Assembly: GCA_030295235.1 (NCBI GenBank)
Contig: AP026130.1
Location: 1,364,001 to 1,428,000 of the forward strand
DNA length: 64,000 nucleotides
Reading direction: 5' to 3'
DNA from: Fistulifera solaris
Lineage: Eukaryota
Part shown: piece by piece, positions 24,461 to 37,725 of the stretch
Numbering within the stretch: position 1 is the first letter of the stretch
Layout of the letters: each line of letters opens with the position of its first letter
Translations under genes and position numbers: made by a program
Notes under the pieces: generated by a model
Told to the model about the DNA's origin: nothing
Databases searched by the model: none
Seen by the model: only the letters and a program-made list of their open reading frames with translations

Positions 24461-26264
24461 ATGTCAACGGATACAATAATGCACGATTTGTGCAAAGGCT
24501 TTGGTGCCTTGTTGATGCGCAGTAAGGTGAGTTTAAAGAAAAGGAAAAAAGTGAAGAGCCGATACTCTGATTTACTATCCGCTTCACTCAATCTGCATTC
24601 AAAATCGCTCGTCACTCAAACTACCAATCTTTCATTTATCGCAGGAACCGTCTTTTCCTGAAGAAGCTTCGCGTGTCAATGATCGCGGAAATTTGCCTTT
24701 GCATGCAGCTTGTAGTTATCAAGCTTCGCCGGATATTCTAGAAGCTTTAATTCGAGCGTATCCGGCCGGTTGCAGTCATCCGAATAGTACAGGAAATTTA
24801 CCCATTCATCAAGCTTGCATGTGGCAAATTCCTTCGGAATCGCTGGAACTATTATTGCACAAATATCCTGCCGGAGCGGCCGTGCGCAATCAGTACGGAA
24901 GTCTTCCTCTTCATATGGCTGCTTCCAATCAAGCATCGCCCGAAAACATTCGTCTTCTCATTGATGCGTATCCCGATGCATTGCATTTGCAGAATGATGA
25001 CGGCATGACACCCTTGGATTTGGCACTGGCGGATCAAGAGGCCGTGAGTGATGCGGTCATTGCACTCTTGGAGGGACGTCCGGCACCTCCGGAACTCACC
25101 AGACGTCAAAAAGCGGAAAAGTATCAAGAACGGGCGGCCGCCATAGAACGCAAATTGGCTTCCTTACAGAACACCGGATCGCGTCGTGACAATGATGTCA
25201 AGGTTGTACTGGCTGCCGTGCGACGCTTGGCCGATCGGATTCCGCATGCTCTCTATGTCGCTGGTGTCGATCCCAATCAATTGGAAGTGGCTCTTTCGGA
25301 AGCATCGCCACAGAGTGATCCGGATATCATTCTGCTCGAAACGATCCGTAAACGTGGCAGTGGTGTTCGTGATCGCGTTGAAGATCTTTTGGGTACCATT
25401 GTCGGACTCGAGCACATTAAATCACAAGTTCGTGGTTTGCGTCGTTCCGCGGAATTGAGTGACTTGCGTACGTCTCTCATGCCCTCGAAGAATTTGGTGC
25501 ACTTGTTGCCACCCGCGTTAGCACAAGAGACTGCGCGACCGGCTGCGAGTGCCATGGTCTTTTGTGGAAATCCGGGTACTGGTAAAACAGCTGTTGCGCG
25601 TTTACTGGCCAAAGTATACCACGAGCTGGGTGTCCTGCGCAAACCGAAATTTCTAGAAGTGGAACGAATGGATCTTGTGGGAAAAGATGTCGAGCAAACC
25701 AAGCTGAAGACGAAAGAAGTGCTAGAAGAAGCGGCGGGAGGTGTGCTGTTGATTGATGAAGCATACACGTTGGGGATGGCTAGTCGTCGGAACAAGGTGG
25801 ATGCGGGTGCATCGGCCATGGCAGAACTCGTGTACGCGATGCAAGACAATTCCAACAATCCCAGCTTCCCTTTGATTATATTGGCGGGCTTTACTTTGGA
25901 AATGCAAGCCTTCTTGGCATTCCAACCCGAATTACGAAAATGTTTTCCAGCTGTGTACGAATTCCCAGACTACTCATGCGCGGAGTTGGGCCAAATCTTT
26001 GGTGATTTGGCTGCTTCGAAAGGCTTTGATGTAGAAGAATCGTTGACATCATCGTTCATTGCAGGCCTTTTGGAACGCGAAACGACTCCAGCATGGCGGT
26101 CCGAACGAAATGGCCGTGTATGTGAAATGTTACTGACAGGTGTGCGTACACAAGTGCGCAAACGTATGCGTGTCGCACAAATGGAAGGAACGGATGACCA
26201 GTTTGATCCGCACTTGATATTGAAAGAAGATGTGGAGAATGTGATGAAGAGTGATTTCAAGTAG
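24461..26264 (+). CDS. Ankyrin-repeat + CbbX/SpoVK-like AAA+ ATPase, paralog B (intact Walker A/B)
   Basis: Exon 1 MSTDTIMHDLCKGFG, intron 24527-24644, ankyrin repeats, IVGLEHIK, MVFCGNPGTGKTAVARL, R.DLVG, GGVLLIDEAY, IILAG, EFPDYS, ERNGR. Confidence 0.9.
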
Positions 26265-26492
26265 TAGTAACTGATTTTTAAAAAAACTTGACAACGATAT
26301 ATGTTTGTTTACCCCTTTCAAATACTCGTCAGCTTTGAAAGTCCGGCAATATGACCGAGAGCTGATGGATCAGAAACGAATAAAGCAGCGAAAAATAATC
26401 GCATCAGCAGAAATGGGTTATTGTCATTAAACCGCGAACTTTTAAAAAAAATCTAGGGGAATATAATCTTTTCCGCGTAGAGTCAACCTGGC

Positions 26493-26849
26493 CATGATGT
26501 GTAATTCAAACGCTGCTAAAGACTGTTTCATTGCAACAGCGACAAAGAGGTTCATGATGTTTTGCTGAACGAACGAATTGTCGGCAGCACTGTAGCCCAA
26601 AAGAATATGCATTCATGACTGAAGTGCAGTCGTGGCGAATACGAACAACACTTTTATCCATAGTAAATACGGAAAGACGACGTTTCGCAAGATTCTTCGA
26701 CGTAAAATATCATGGCGTGTAATGAAAAGGCTGCTAAAGACTGTTTCATTGCAACAGCGACAAAGGGGTTCATGATGTTTTGCTGAACGAACGAATCGTA
26801 GGCAGCGCTGTAGCTCAAAAGCATATGCATCCATGACTGAAGAGCAGTC
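26493..26849. repeat. Direct repeat of a ~140-bp block, 218-bp period
   Basis: ctgctaaagactgtttcattgcaacagcgacaaag at 26513 and 26731. Confidence 0.85.
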
Positions 26850-27110
26850 AGGGATAATTTGCGCTCATACACTTTCGACCATAATACTGTTTTGGTAGTT
26901 TGAGGCAGACGGAAATTCCGCCTTATGCCTAAGATGTCAAACCTTTTATAGTTCAATAAACAATGTCAATTCATTCATTCATGTTCATGTTCATGTATAC
27001 CAAAGTCGATAATTATTCGATTTTATTTCCTTTATAGCGCATCTTTGTATTTCGTTTATTAAGACTAAAGTTTGCTTATTCCGAAAGACGACGCCGTTTA
27101 CAACATAAAC

Positions 27111-28537
27111 ATGACAACGAACGACTCTCCGCAGCAGGTGATGCAAATCATTGCAAATTCCGACTTGTGGTCGCATCATTTCCTTCCCTTTTTAACATTT
27201 CAAGACGTCGCTCATTGCGAGCAAGTGTTTCGTTGCATTGATAAAGAAAGAACATGGGAACGTTTGTGTGCTCGAGACTTTTCATTGCATACACAAGAAG
27301 CACCAGATAATTCCTTTCGAGCAATTCGTCGAGACATTAAGGAGTGGAAACAAATCTATCGACGCTGGCGGGCTTGGCACATTCATACGCATCACGTGAC
27401 AACAACTCAACAAGGATATGATGCGATACAACTGTATCAGGACATACAAGCTTTCTACATCAGGCAACAGCAACAACAAAGACAACCAAGGTCTTATCAA
27501 GAGTCCCTGGCTCCTGCCTTAAACAAGAAAACGCTGCAATCGTGGGCGGAGCACCCGCTTGTACCATCGGATCTCGTTGCTTGGTATGCCGTATGTGGAG
27601 GACAGCACACGCTTTCGAGGAATAACAGTGATGAGGACTTCTGGGCAGCATTTCTGGGCTGTTACACATGCTATGATGCTTATTATGCTATGCGTCTTGT
27701 TGATGCAAAAATGGTTGGACCCATGGGTGTGCACAGCCAATCCAATTATCCCAACATTCATGTCTTGGTAGCTGTTTGCGTCGGGAATCCCAGGCTGTGT
27801 TTGTCGGTGAAAAAGATCCTGTGAACGATCCGCATGGTCGCCAAGTGCGGATGCATCCCTTTGGTGAAACCGACCAGAACTTTATCGTTGTTGGGGATCA
27901 AGGCATTTTGCATTATTTACAAGAGTACGTGAAACGATTGACAACGGGAATGTTTCCGATTGCGCCCCCACCACAAGGACCAGGTTTCGTGCTCTTTCCA
28001 GATACTGGAGATGCTGTGTCCGTTTCTATCACTCACGGAATTGAAATCCGAGCAAGCGCACGGTGGTTTCCTACATTCAGCGACAACAATAATCAGCCAT
28101 GGCAAGAAGACGAGGAAGGATTGAACTTTGGCTACAGTTTTCGTATGCGAAAGGTGGATTCTTCCTTCGGAGGAACTTGTCAACTTGTATCGCGGCATTT
28201 TGAGTTCGTCAATGGCCACGGTGTAGTGCGGCGCATTGACGGAGACGCAGTGGTGGGGAAACAACCTCTCCTCTTTTATACCGGATCTGACGGCAGGGAT
28301 TCGTTTGGGTATCATGATATAGGACCTGCCGGAGACAATCTAGTTTATTTGGATACGGTGTTTACCTATCAGAGTCAAACAGGCCCCACCGCTGGAACCA
28401 CGCGTCAAGATACGCACGGAGCACACGTAAGGGGATACTTTCGTTTTATTCCAGGAACTATCGAAAAACCCAATGGTCCAACGTATGACGTTCCTTTCAA
28501 TCCTTTTCCTTTGACAGTTCCATTTCCCTTTTACTGA
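27111..28537 (+). CDS. F-box-like + SMI1/KNR4-like + ApaG domain protein (SKIP16/FBXO3-like)
   Basis: WERLCARDF, VPSDLVAWY...GGQ, FLGCYTCYD, SVSITHGIEIRAS, FGYSFRM, CQLVSRHF, GDAVVGKQPLL, FTYQSQT; frameshift at A run ~27810. Confidence 0.8.
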
Positions 28538-28683
28538 GGTTACCGTGCTGATGCTTTACCTGCTCTTGCTTGTCTGGAGTCTGGAGCACCCCCAACGAAC
28601 TAAGAGTGTCTTCGATCGAAAGGACAAATTTTTGAATATGCAAGTAAATATCTTTGATTATGTATTAGAAATCGTTTCAGCCT

Positions 28684-29904
28684 TCACTGTAGATCTTGAA
28701 CAGCTGGGTGTCGCTCATGGTCATTCAGTTCGTTCCAGAGTTTCACAAGCGAATCAGCTCCCCATACCACGGAATTCCACGCCATCTCCACCGTTTCTAC
28801 TGGATGAGTGACCCGATCGAGTGCGAAACCCCCAACGTTTTGCAAGATTGTCCCGACTCCTCCATGACGCTCCAATTGCCTCAAAAGAAGTCGTTGAGCC
28901 TGTCGACGAAGTAGTTTATTGCTGATATGCATCAATCGAGTTGTATGATACAACTGAGCTACAACGCGCTCCAGTCCTACCATGAGCGGAGCATCCTCAA
29001 AGTTGCTGTACACGTGTTGAACTAAGCCGTCTACAAGTATGATCGGACAGCCGATGAGTGCTGTCATAGCAGCAACGGGCCAAAGAGTCATCCCTAATGC
29101 AACAGCTAAGAGAGGTCGATCTTTGGCAGCATCTGTACCCCATTGTAGTGTAGAAGCAACAGCAGGGCCCAATGGAGGCCATAGAACTTTCATACGATCC
29201 TTTCTCCTTTTCGTCTGTTTTGCTTGTGGCTTCCCATCATGTGTCTTCTGACCAGAGCTCGTGGATGATGGTGAAGCATCTGTTTCATCAAGAAATTCGA
29301 TATTCGACGATCCCTCAATCGGTTGCCGCATCATGAGATCAGCTGGAGTGACTGTCGACACAAAGGATTGCAACGAAGCGATAAAGATTTGTGCAACAGT
29401 CAAAGCCACGTCCGCAAGCTCTTCAGCTTCATCTCTTTCGATCGCCCGCAATGTTCCCTCAACATCTTTGAGTAGTGACGCTGCTGCGTGTATTGCCTTG
29501 GTAATGTCGCTTTCTGTAACTTCGCTCATCTTATTCCATTGTGGTGTCATTTCCGTGTCCATTTCACGACCATCTACTCCATCAACTTCTAACAGTAAAG
29601 AATGATGTTGTCGCATATCTTGTAAGCAAGCTTGTGCGAGTAATTTTCGTTCATCGTCCGTCTGATTATTTAACTGTGTCGCAACGTGCCCGACGGCATC
29701 TGCTAAACTCTCGGTCGTTCGCATAATTGCCTCTCCCAGCTTGCCGTTACTTTCAATCTCATTTAACGTACGATCCGCATGATGTAAGAAGTTCGCTGCT
29801 TCTTCGATGATTCTTTCTGCAACGTTTTCGCGCTCCTTTTCCATGTGAGCGGCTTGCTCCAAATCGGACCTCATGAGGGAGCTTGTGTATAAAGGTCTAT
29901 TCAT
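28684..29904 (-). CDS. Hypothetical helical protein with a hydrophobic segment
   Basis: 406-aa ATG ORF; LWPPLGP and LLAVALGMTLWPVAAMTALIG. Confidence 0.7.
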   Translation of the reverse strand: MNRPLYTSSLMRSDLEQAAHMEKERENVAERIIEEAANFLHHADRTLNEIESNGKLGEAIMRTTESLADAVGHVATQLNNQTDDERKLLAQACLQDMRQHHSLLLEVDGVDGREMDTEMTPQWNKMSEVTESDITKAIHAAASLLKDVEGTLRAIERDEAEELADVALTVAQIFIASLQSFVSTVTPADLMMRQPIEGSSNIEFLDETDASPSSTSSGQKTHDGKPQAKQTKRRKDRMKVLWPPLGPAVASTLQWGTDAAKDRPLLAVALGMTLWPVAAMTALIGCPIILVDGLVQHVYSNFEDAPLMVGLERVVAQLYHTTRLMHISNKLLRRQAQRLLLRQLERHGGVGTILQNVGGFALDRVTHPVETVEMAWNSVVWGADSLVKLWNELNDHERHPAVQDLQ

Positions 29905-30530
29905 AGCGTATTGTTAACGTCTATCTTTCTGCTTCAAAAATGGTTGTGTTTTTCTTGGAGAGATCGACGATCGACGCGAGAAATAAAGCGCGAGAGAAAA
30001 TTTGAGAGAACTGCGTCTTTCGTCGTCATCATCGTGACTAATTCGAATCTCTGTGACCCAAAGTGTATGTTACTTTTTGCACGACTACAGTTCAGTCACA
30101 AGTTTATTTTTTCTTCCGAGCTAGGCAGCTTCGTGACCTTTCTTTATTTATGCATAAATCATAATTTAGATGTTTCCTTACAGAAAGGAAACACTCTTTT
30201 GTAGCATTTGGATTGCACCAAAGGTTTGAATGATGGCAAATTCTTACCAATACTAAGTAATTACCTGGTAGGATCGTCGTCATGTTATTTCAGTCATGAC
30301 CTGATGATGTGATCATTCCGGCACTCGAGTGTTACCCTTAATGTAGGTAGTCAGTACCGCTTCTCCCGAATTATCGACTGACTTGTTTTCTCGTTTTCTC
30401 TTTCTCTTCGACCCGCCAGCATCGTCATTATTTCGATCGATCGTATTGCCCATCGGATGCTTTTATAATATCATCTCTTCTTCCTTTCACTTGTTTATAA
30501 CACAAATACTGTGTGATTCTCCTGTAAAAA

Positions 30531-33500
30531 ATGTGCCCGAATCCTCCCGAGTCGCTCGACGCAGTGCCTGCAAACGAAAGCAAAAGGAATGTAATGTTTC
30601 GTCTCCATCTATTTCAAACAAAAATGAAGGACGCGAAACTGCTGCTTTCCATAACAACAACAACGACGACGACGACAACCGAGCCGTGCGATCACCCAAT
30701 CCTCTGCAATCAGCTTCCTTTGTATCGAAATTGTTCTTTTCCTGGCCATATCCCTTATTGCAACTGGGAATGAAGCGTCCTCTAGAAGACGCCGATCTAA
30801 GTGAGATTATGGAAGTCGATTCAAGCGCATTCAATGGAGCTTACTTCCAGCGTATGTGGCAGCGCGAAAAGAAGTCAGCAATACAAGCAGCACGATAGCG
30901 CGATTGCATCACGCCTTCTTTTGGGACTTTCTACGAACCTTGTGGTATGTGCAGCCATTCATGGCGTTGGGTTGTGCGGCACGAGTCGTACAAGCCGTAG
31001 CGCTCGGATTCTTTATCGATTCGCTGGAAGACAACACTCGCGATAATGACACTCAAGTTATTGGATACGCAGCGCTCATCTTGGCTTGCGGGTGTATAGT
31101 GTTGATGGAGCATCATCATGTATTCTTCTGGAACTGGAGGAGAGGCATGCAATATCGACTGTCAGCAGTGGCTGCTATTTACGAGAAAAGTCTTCGTTTG
31201 CCTTCGCTTTCCTCGTCGGAAAGCAAAGTCTCAATATTGAATTTGGCTTCAAATGATGTCGACCGGTTCCTTTTAGCATCTCTTTTGCCGGGCATTTGTT
31301 TTGGGCACCGTTGCAGTCCCTCGCTATCTTAGCAACAGGTGTGGCTTTGATGGGTGTCGCTTTTCTAGCGGGATTTGTACTACTCCTTGTGGTATTTGTG
31401 CCTCTGCAATTCTATTTGAGTCGAAGATTCGCGTCGTTGCGACAACACATTGCAGGTTTCACTGATCAGCGCGTTCATCAAGTCAAAAATGCACTGAAAG
31501 GGATTCGCGTCATTAAATGGCAAGCGATGGAGTATGCATGGCAAAAAAGAATTCAAGCGACGCGAGCGCAAGAAATGGAAAAGATTATTTACGCTAATCA
31601 TCTCAAAGCATGGAACGAAGCGCTGTTTTTGTTACCAACATTGTCGTGGCGATGACTATCTTCTTTGTGCATGTCATCGTGTTGGGGAAAACGCTTGAAC
31701 CTGGGCATGTTTTTACAGTTTATTCGTTGATGAATATCCTTCAGTTAGAAATGACCAAGCACGTCTCGCTAGGCGTCATGGGCGTGAGTGAACTGTCGGT
31801 GAGTCTGACGCGACTGCAAGCCTTTTTCGAACTGCCGGAGTGGTCTAGTAGCGCGCAAGCTGTTACAAATAGGGAGAAAGACGACGGCAGTCACGTCGGC
31901 AATGCTGACAACAACAAAGAAGTAAACGATGCGACAAGTCAAAGTAGTTTGGTCTTGTCGTTGCGCAATGTTACGTGCCATTGGAATCATAACTTTTCTA
32001 ATGATCTCGCATTGGGCGACCCCGTGGTTGCATTGCACAATATTACCTTGGATTTTCCAGCTGACTCTCTAACCGTCATTTTGGGAGCAGTCGGTGCTGG
32101 CAAGAGTGCGTTGCTACAATGTTTAATTCAGGAGTTACCAGTGGCCAGTGGAACTTTTCGACGGCAACAACGACACGATTTGACCATGGCGTACGCAGCG
32201 CAGGATCCGTGGATGATGGATGGAACTGTTCGGGACAACGTTTGTATGGGATTGCCGTACGATCATGAATTTTATGACGAAGTCATGACAGCTTGTGCAT
32301 TGCAAGAAGATCTTCGACAATGGCCGAAGGGAGATTTCACGTGGGTGGGTGATCGAGGTGTACAGTGTAGTGGAGGACAACGTGCACGTATTTCGTTAGC
32401 TCGGGCACTTTATCGTCGAGCGCAGCTACTCATTTTGGACGACCCTTTAGCTGCTGTCGATGCTGCAACAGGATTTCATTTGTTTCAATATGCGATCTTG
32501 AAAGTCGCTCGACAACATTCTTTATGTGTTGTCTTGGCAACTCATCAACATCAGCATTTGATGACCACATCATCCTCATCAGATTCAATGGACTATTGCC
32601 GCTGCGTGTGGATGAAGCAAGGAACAATTGAATGCGTCGGAACATACGATGAATGCATGGCTAAAGCGTATGGTACCGAAATAGAGACAAAAGCCGTCGT
32701 ATTCGAAGCCGAAGCCAAACAGATCACTCGATCGAAAGCTATTGATGATGAGAGCGATCACCTTTCACGAAATAAAGACGATGGCGACGAGGACGAAATA
32801 GCAGACCATCCTTCGAGCGCAGAAGAAGATGGCGCAACGAAAGAGAGAGAAGGGGACGAGGATGATATGAAGGAAGCCAATGTTCAAGGATTGGTTCGTC
32901 TAGATACTTACACTCGGTACATCAAAGCAATGGGCGGTTTGTGGGTTGGTGCCTTTCTTTTATTTTGTTTAGCATCACGCAGGGCAGTGTCTTGGTCACT
33001 GTTGCGACTTTCGGACGATGGGCGGAGAGCAATGACCAAGATTCGTGGGATATTGTAGGTTTAGCGTTAGGTTTGACTGGAGCTGTGGTTGTATTGGGCA
33101 TTTTCCGGGCATTTTTGTCGCTTAACTTGACAGTTAAAGCATCGCAACGTTTGCATGATCAGATGACCGAGTCTGTATTACGCGCCCAGATTTCATTTTT
33201 TGATACCAACCCACTCGGTCGGATTTTGAATCGCTTCAGCGCCGATGTCGGTTCAAATGATGACATGCTACCACCTACTCTCTTCGACTTTAGTGTTGTT
33301 CTGTTCATTGTTCTTGGTGCTTTGGCCACCACCGTAACCACGCTGCCCTTCACGCTAATTGCTATCCCACCGCTGCTGTGGTATTTCTGGTGGGTTCGAC
33401 GCATTTTCGTGACAAGCACCCGTGAATTGAAACGTCTCGAAGGCTTGGCACGTTCCCCACTTTTGCCATGCTAAATGAAAGTGCCAGTGGCATCGCCACA

Positions 33501-34664
33501 TTACGTTCTAATCACGGTGCGGTGGACTTTTTTCGTCGCAAATTTCAAGATGCACACGATGGACATACACGGGCGTTCTTCGCGTTCATTGCGGCTTCTC
33601 GATGGCTTGGTTTTCGTATGGACGCGATCCTGTTTCTCTTCCTGTGCATAGTCACAATTTTGTCGGTTGTTTGTTTTCTGACTGGTTTTCTATCGATTGA
33701 CCCTTTGATTTTGGGACTGACCTTGAGTTTGCTGTTACAACTGGCTGGCTTGTTTCAGTGGTGCATTCGACAAAGTGCGGAAGTAGAGAATCAGATGGTG
33801 AGCGTCGAGCGCGTTTTGGCTTTTGGGCAATTGCAATCTGAGGCACCGCTAGAGCAAGGGAAAGATGCTGAGCTTTTGCGCCAGGGCTGGCCTTCAGCAG
33901 GCTCCTTGGAATACAAAAATGTGACGGTGCGCTATCGACCCAGTCTGCCTCCAGCGTTGCACGGTGTGTCTTTTAAGGTTCCAGCAGGTGCGAGAGTAGG
34001 AATTGTGGGGAGAACAGGAGCAGGAAAGAGTAGCTTAGTACAGTCTCTCTTCCGATTGCTGGAAGCTGAAGATGGTCAAATTTTGATTGATGGTGTAGAT
34101 ATTCGGCCGCTTGGTTTGCATGCTTTACGAAAACGCGTCTCGGTCATCCCTCAGGCACCGACTTTGTTTAGCGGGTGTTCCGTGCGTGAGAATGTGGACA
34201 CAGAAGGCACTTGCAGCGAGACAGAATTGATTCAAGTGATGGAGACGTGCCATTTATCACATGCGATCTCAAAATTGCCGAATGGTTTGGACTCTCTGGT
34301 AGAAGAGAATGGTGCGAATTTTTCCGTTGGTCAGAGACAGTTGCTCTGCTTGGCTCGGGCTCTCTTGAAACGCAATCCGATATTAGTGCTAGACGAAGCA
34401 ACAGCGTCGGTCGATCGAAAGACTGATCAGTACATACAGGAGGCTTTGAAAAAGTTCTACAAAGGGACGGTTTTGGCAGTAGCCCATCGTCTTGATACAG
34501 TCATCGAATGTGACTTAATTCTGGTACTGGGACAGGGGCGTGTACTCGAATTCGGAGCGCCGGTAGAGCTGCTTGACAAGATTAATGGCGTGTTCACTCA
34601 GATGGTGCAAGACACAGGAGATCGGATGGCTCAAGAATTACGATCGCGAGCGTTACATAGGTAG
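30531..34664 (+). CDS. ABCC/MRP-type full ABC transporter (start uncertain, about 5 frameshifts)
   Basis: SKLFFSW..PL, GAVGAGKS, CSGGQRARISLARA, LDDPLAAVD, FFDTNPLGRILNRFS.D, SVERV, GRTGAGKSS, FSVGQRQL, LDEATASVD, AHRLDT. Confidence 0.92.
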
Positions 34665-35329
34665 AGTTAAGGCTGAATAAAGGAACACTAGATTGTTTAT
34701 TTTTAAATTTGGGTAGTACTTTTTCACTTCGCCACTTCTGTTTTCGACTGACAATTTTCAAACACCGAGTCGGACCAGCTAAGTTTCGATAGCAGTAAAC
34801 AATAGAGCGAATCGTGCTTAAGTCTGCCTCAATCAGCATTCAGTGCTCTCCTGTACGTCTACACTGGCGGGTTGTTGATTGATGAGATCTACGCCTTCAA
34901 TTGCTTTTATCGGGAAGCCCCGGGCTTGGTACACGTGCCGCCGTCCGAAATACCATTGCTCATGGCCACCGTCTTGCTACAAAGCGCCACGAACTACTTT
35001 CAGCTTTCGGCCCTTTTGTTAGCAAATCTCCCGGATGCCTTGCTCGAGCTCATTGATGTTGAGCCTAAGGACGACGCAGGCGGCGGGGACGAGTCGTCTT
35101 TGCAAGCGGAAGATAGTCGGTAATGGCGAGGGAGATTGTAGCTCCAATAGTGATTACTTTTGCAAGTCAACCGCCGAGATCGGTGACATTGCCATTCGAA
35201 AGAAGAGTGATTTGCCAAGCTACAACTTTTCGAGTTCTTGTAAGAAATGCCATTCCCAATGTCTTTAGAAACGATACTTTGTATTATATGATGTAGACTA
35301 TTCTATACAAGATTTATGTGCATCTATTT

Positions 35330-36963
35330 CTATACTGCCACAGGAACGAACTTGACATTTTTGGTAGCGCAGACAGGACAGGTTTCCCCGAGTCCTTCCG
35401 TGACGCAAGCTTCGCAAAACGCGTAATGCATGCAGGGTGCCGCGATGTGAGAGCGCGTACCGAGTCCGCATACTACACAAGGTGGCAGCGCACCGGATTT
35501 CGTGGAGGACATGGTAGACATGTCGTGTGCGATATCGTTATGAGCAGCTTCTTTTGACTTCTTTTCAATGAGACCCGGTGGTCGCTGTTCGAGCGCTCTT
35601 TGCCGCGCCAGATATTCTTGACGCTTCTTCTCGATCCGTTGAAACTCTTCTAGTTCCTTTTGTTGCATTTTCTTTTGCAGTGCACTATCCGATAGTTCCT
35701 CTTGCAAAACTTTCTCCGCCGCATCCGATTTGCTCTGCTTGAAAATCCCCAGGAACGAACTGCGATGTTTCGAGTTAGTTGCACTGTCACTCGTCGTCTT
35801 TTGCTCCGTCGGAACCGTTTTTGACTGGGCCGCTGGAAACATTCGTGACGTAAATCCTGGTTTCGTCCCCGATTCCATTCTTTGCCGTCTTTGATGACGA
35901 TACCATTGTCGTTCCGCTTGCTCTTGTTTGATGACTAAAAGCTTATCTGTCGTCTTTTGGGTTCTCGAAAGGTTTTTCGTTCGTGTGCTTTCAAGCCATC
36001 TTCCGTGAGACGCATGACACCCCGAACCGGGCCATTGACAAGCTCTGCATCTTGAACACCCTTGGGTTGCAACGACTCGGACATTGTCGTAACCGTATCA
36101 TCTTCTTCAGGACCCAGCAGCTTCAGTCCCACTAGCGGACTGAATTCAGATCCCTCACTGCAATAGGATGAATTATCTCGTGCTTTGGGAGTCGTCACAT
36201 GTTCGGGTAATACAAATGGCGCTTTGGGTGATTTGACGTCGGCTCCGAATCGTAATTTTGATGCATTACTTCCGCGCTTGTTGTTGTTTGAGTCTTCCGA
36301 TGCCGTTCGTGGTCTCAGAATACTAGGAAGTGATTTCGAAGATGCCGTGAATGGCTTGACAGGCTCATCCCGTGACGGCTCCGAAAATTGAGCCGAGCGA
36401 GACATTGAAGACGCTTTCGCAGGCGCAGTTGAGTCGTCTTTAATTGAAGCGTAAACATCCCGAAGAGGTTGCTGCTGGTTCTTTTTGGGTGAATCACAAA
36501 CAGGTTCGAAGCGACTGTAGGAACAATTCTTGTGTTCTGTAGGCAGATCATTCGGTTCCGCATTACTATTCTTTGCGTCATCTGCGTCCAGAGAACGCAA
36601 AGGAATGACTTTGTTTCGTTTTTGAGAAGCAGAGGAGGAAGCAGGAGACGGAGAAGGCTTTTCGTTGGGACTATTACCGATTCCCAAGCGCACATTTTGT
36701 TTGTAAGCGTTTAATTGATCTTCGATATCTGTGACATCCAAAAGATTGCGTCCGCTGGCTCTCGTGTTTGCCTCCGAACGTCCCGTACATGTCACTGCAT
36801 CAGGACTTGTGAATATAGATCCAGCTCCGACGGTATCGTCATCTAAAAGTTCAAAAAGACCCTTTCGAGTTGTCGTATTGTTGTGACGATTGTGTTTCTT
36901 CGAACTTTTTCCTTGTGAAGATTCTTTCCCTTTTCGAGATCGACTGCCGTTTTGAAACCACAT
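35330..36963 (-). CDS. Low-complexity protein with C-terminal C3HC4 RING finger
   Basis: CVVC..RSHIAAPCMHYAFCEAC..CPVC; ORFs 35935-36963 and 35330-35878 join if one A is restored near 35957. Confidence 0.78.
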
Positions 36964-37412
36964 AACTATTGTAAATGCTGAGTAGAATGTTAAATATGAT
37001 TATAACAAGGCATTAAGAGAGGTGATGATAAAGAAGAAGAAGTTGAATGATGGAGTTGCACATTCGACCGACGCGAAAGACAAAACGGTGGCCGAAAAAT
37101 CATTCGGTGGTTTTTCACTTTCGCAATGAGGGCAGAAGGAGCATTTTGCGGACAAATTTGTGTCACACAAACAGGCCTAGCACGCCGTCACGGCCGAACG
37201 ACTCAGTTACTATGAAACATTCACAAGTAGACGTTTCCTGTTTAATAGATGTTTGAGTCTTGTTTGCTAAGTAGAAAGGGGTAGAAAACTTGAATCACGA
37301 TAATCTGTGATATCATTGGTCGCCCGCCCCTTCCCAAATAAGAGCACGACTGAGATGACGTGACACAGAAAGTTCCAAATTACTCGGAGTCTCATGTCGC
37401 TCCGGGTCCTCT

Positions 37413-37495
37413 GATATCCGGGTTACCCTCTGTCGATAAATTTCCCTACGGAGCCTACGTGAAATGCACGTAGGCATTCGCAACAGTGCATTATT
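37413..37495 (-). repeat. Short dispersed fragment of the satellite unit
   Basis: gatatccgggttaccctctgtcgataaatttccctacg matches the reverse complement of the satellite core. Confidence 0.8.
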
Positions 37496-37725
37496 CCTTT
37501 TCTCTCTGTTTCTGCACCAAATCAATTTACTAAACCTAGCTTATAGTTGTTGGGAATGGCTAGCAGAAATAATAATATGACTTCATAGTTTGTAAACGCA
37601 TTGATTGGATTATGTAGAATTACACATTATCCGGGTCTCCTTTGATCTGCGCTAACCTTAGTCTACCTGGTCGGCGCGCGGCGGGACGACACGACACCAC
37701 CATCGCACGCTTTTATTTATTTTTT

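Noticed and set aside
21900..26264. Canonical Rubisco activase CbbX call
   Set aside because: Ankyrin fusion and no plastid presequence; only family-level similarity is supported.
34872..35268. Small + strand ORFs between ABCC and RING genes
   Set aside because: Somewhat coding-like but no motif or clear start; cannot support a gene.
9592..36963. Programmed ribosomal frameshifting
   Set aside because: Shifts are too many and lie in homopolymers of unrelated genes; sequencing error is simpler.
37640..37725. snRNA/tRNA target of the Dada-like element
   Set aside because: Joined flanks show no recognisable U1, U6 or tRNA sequence.
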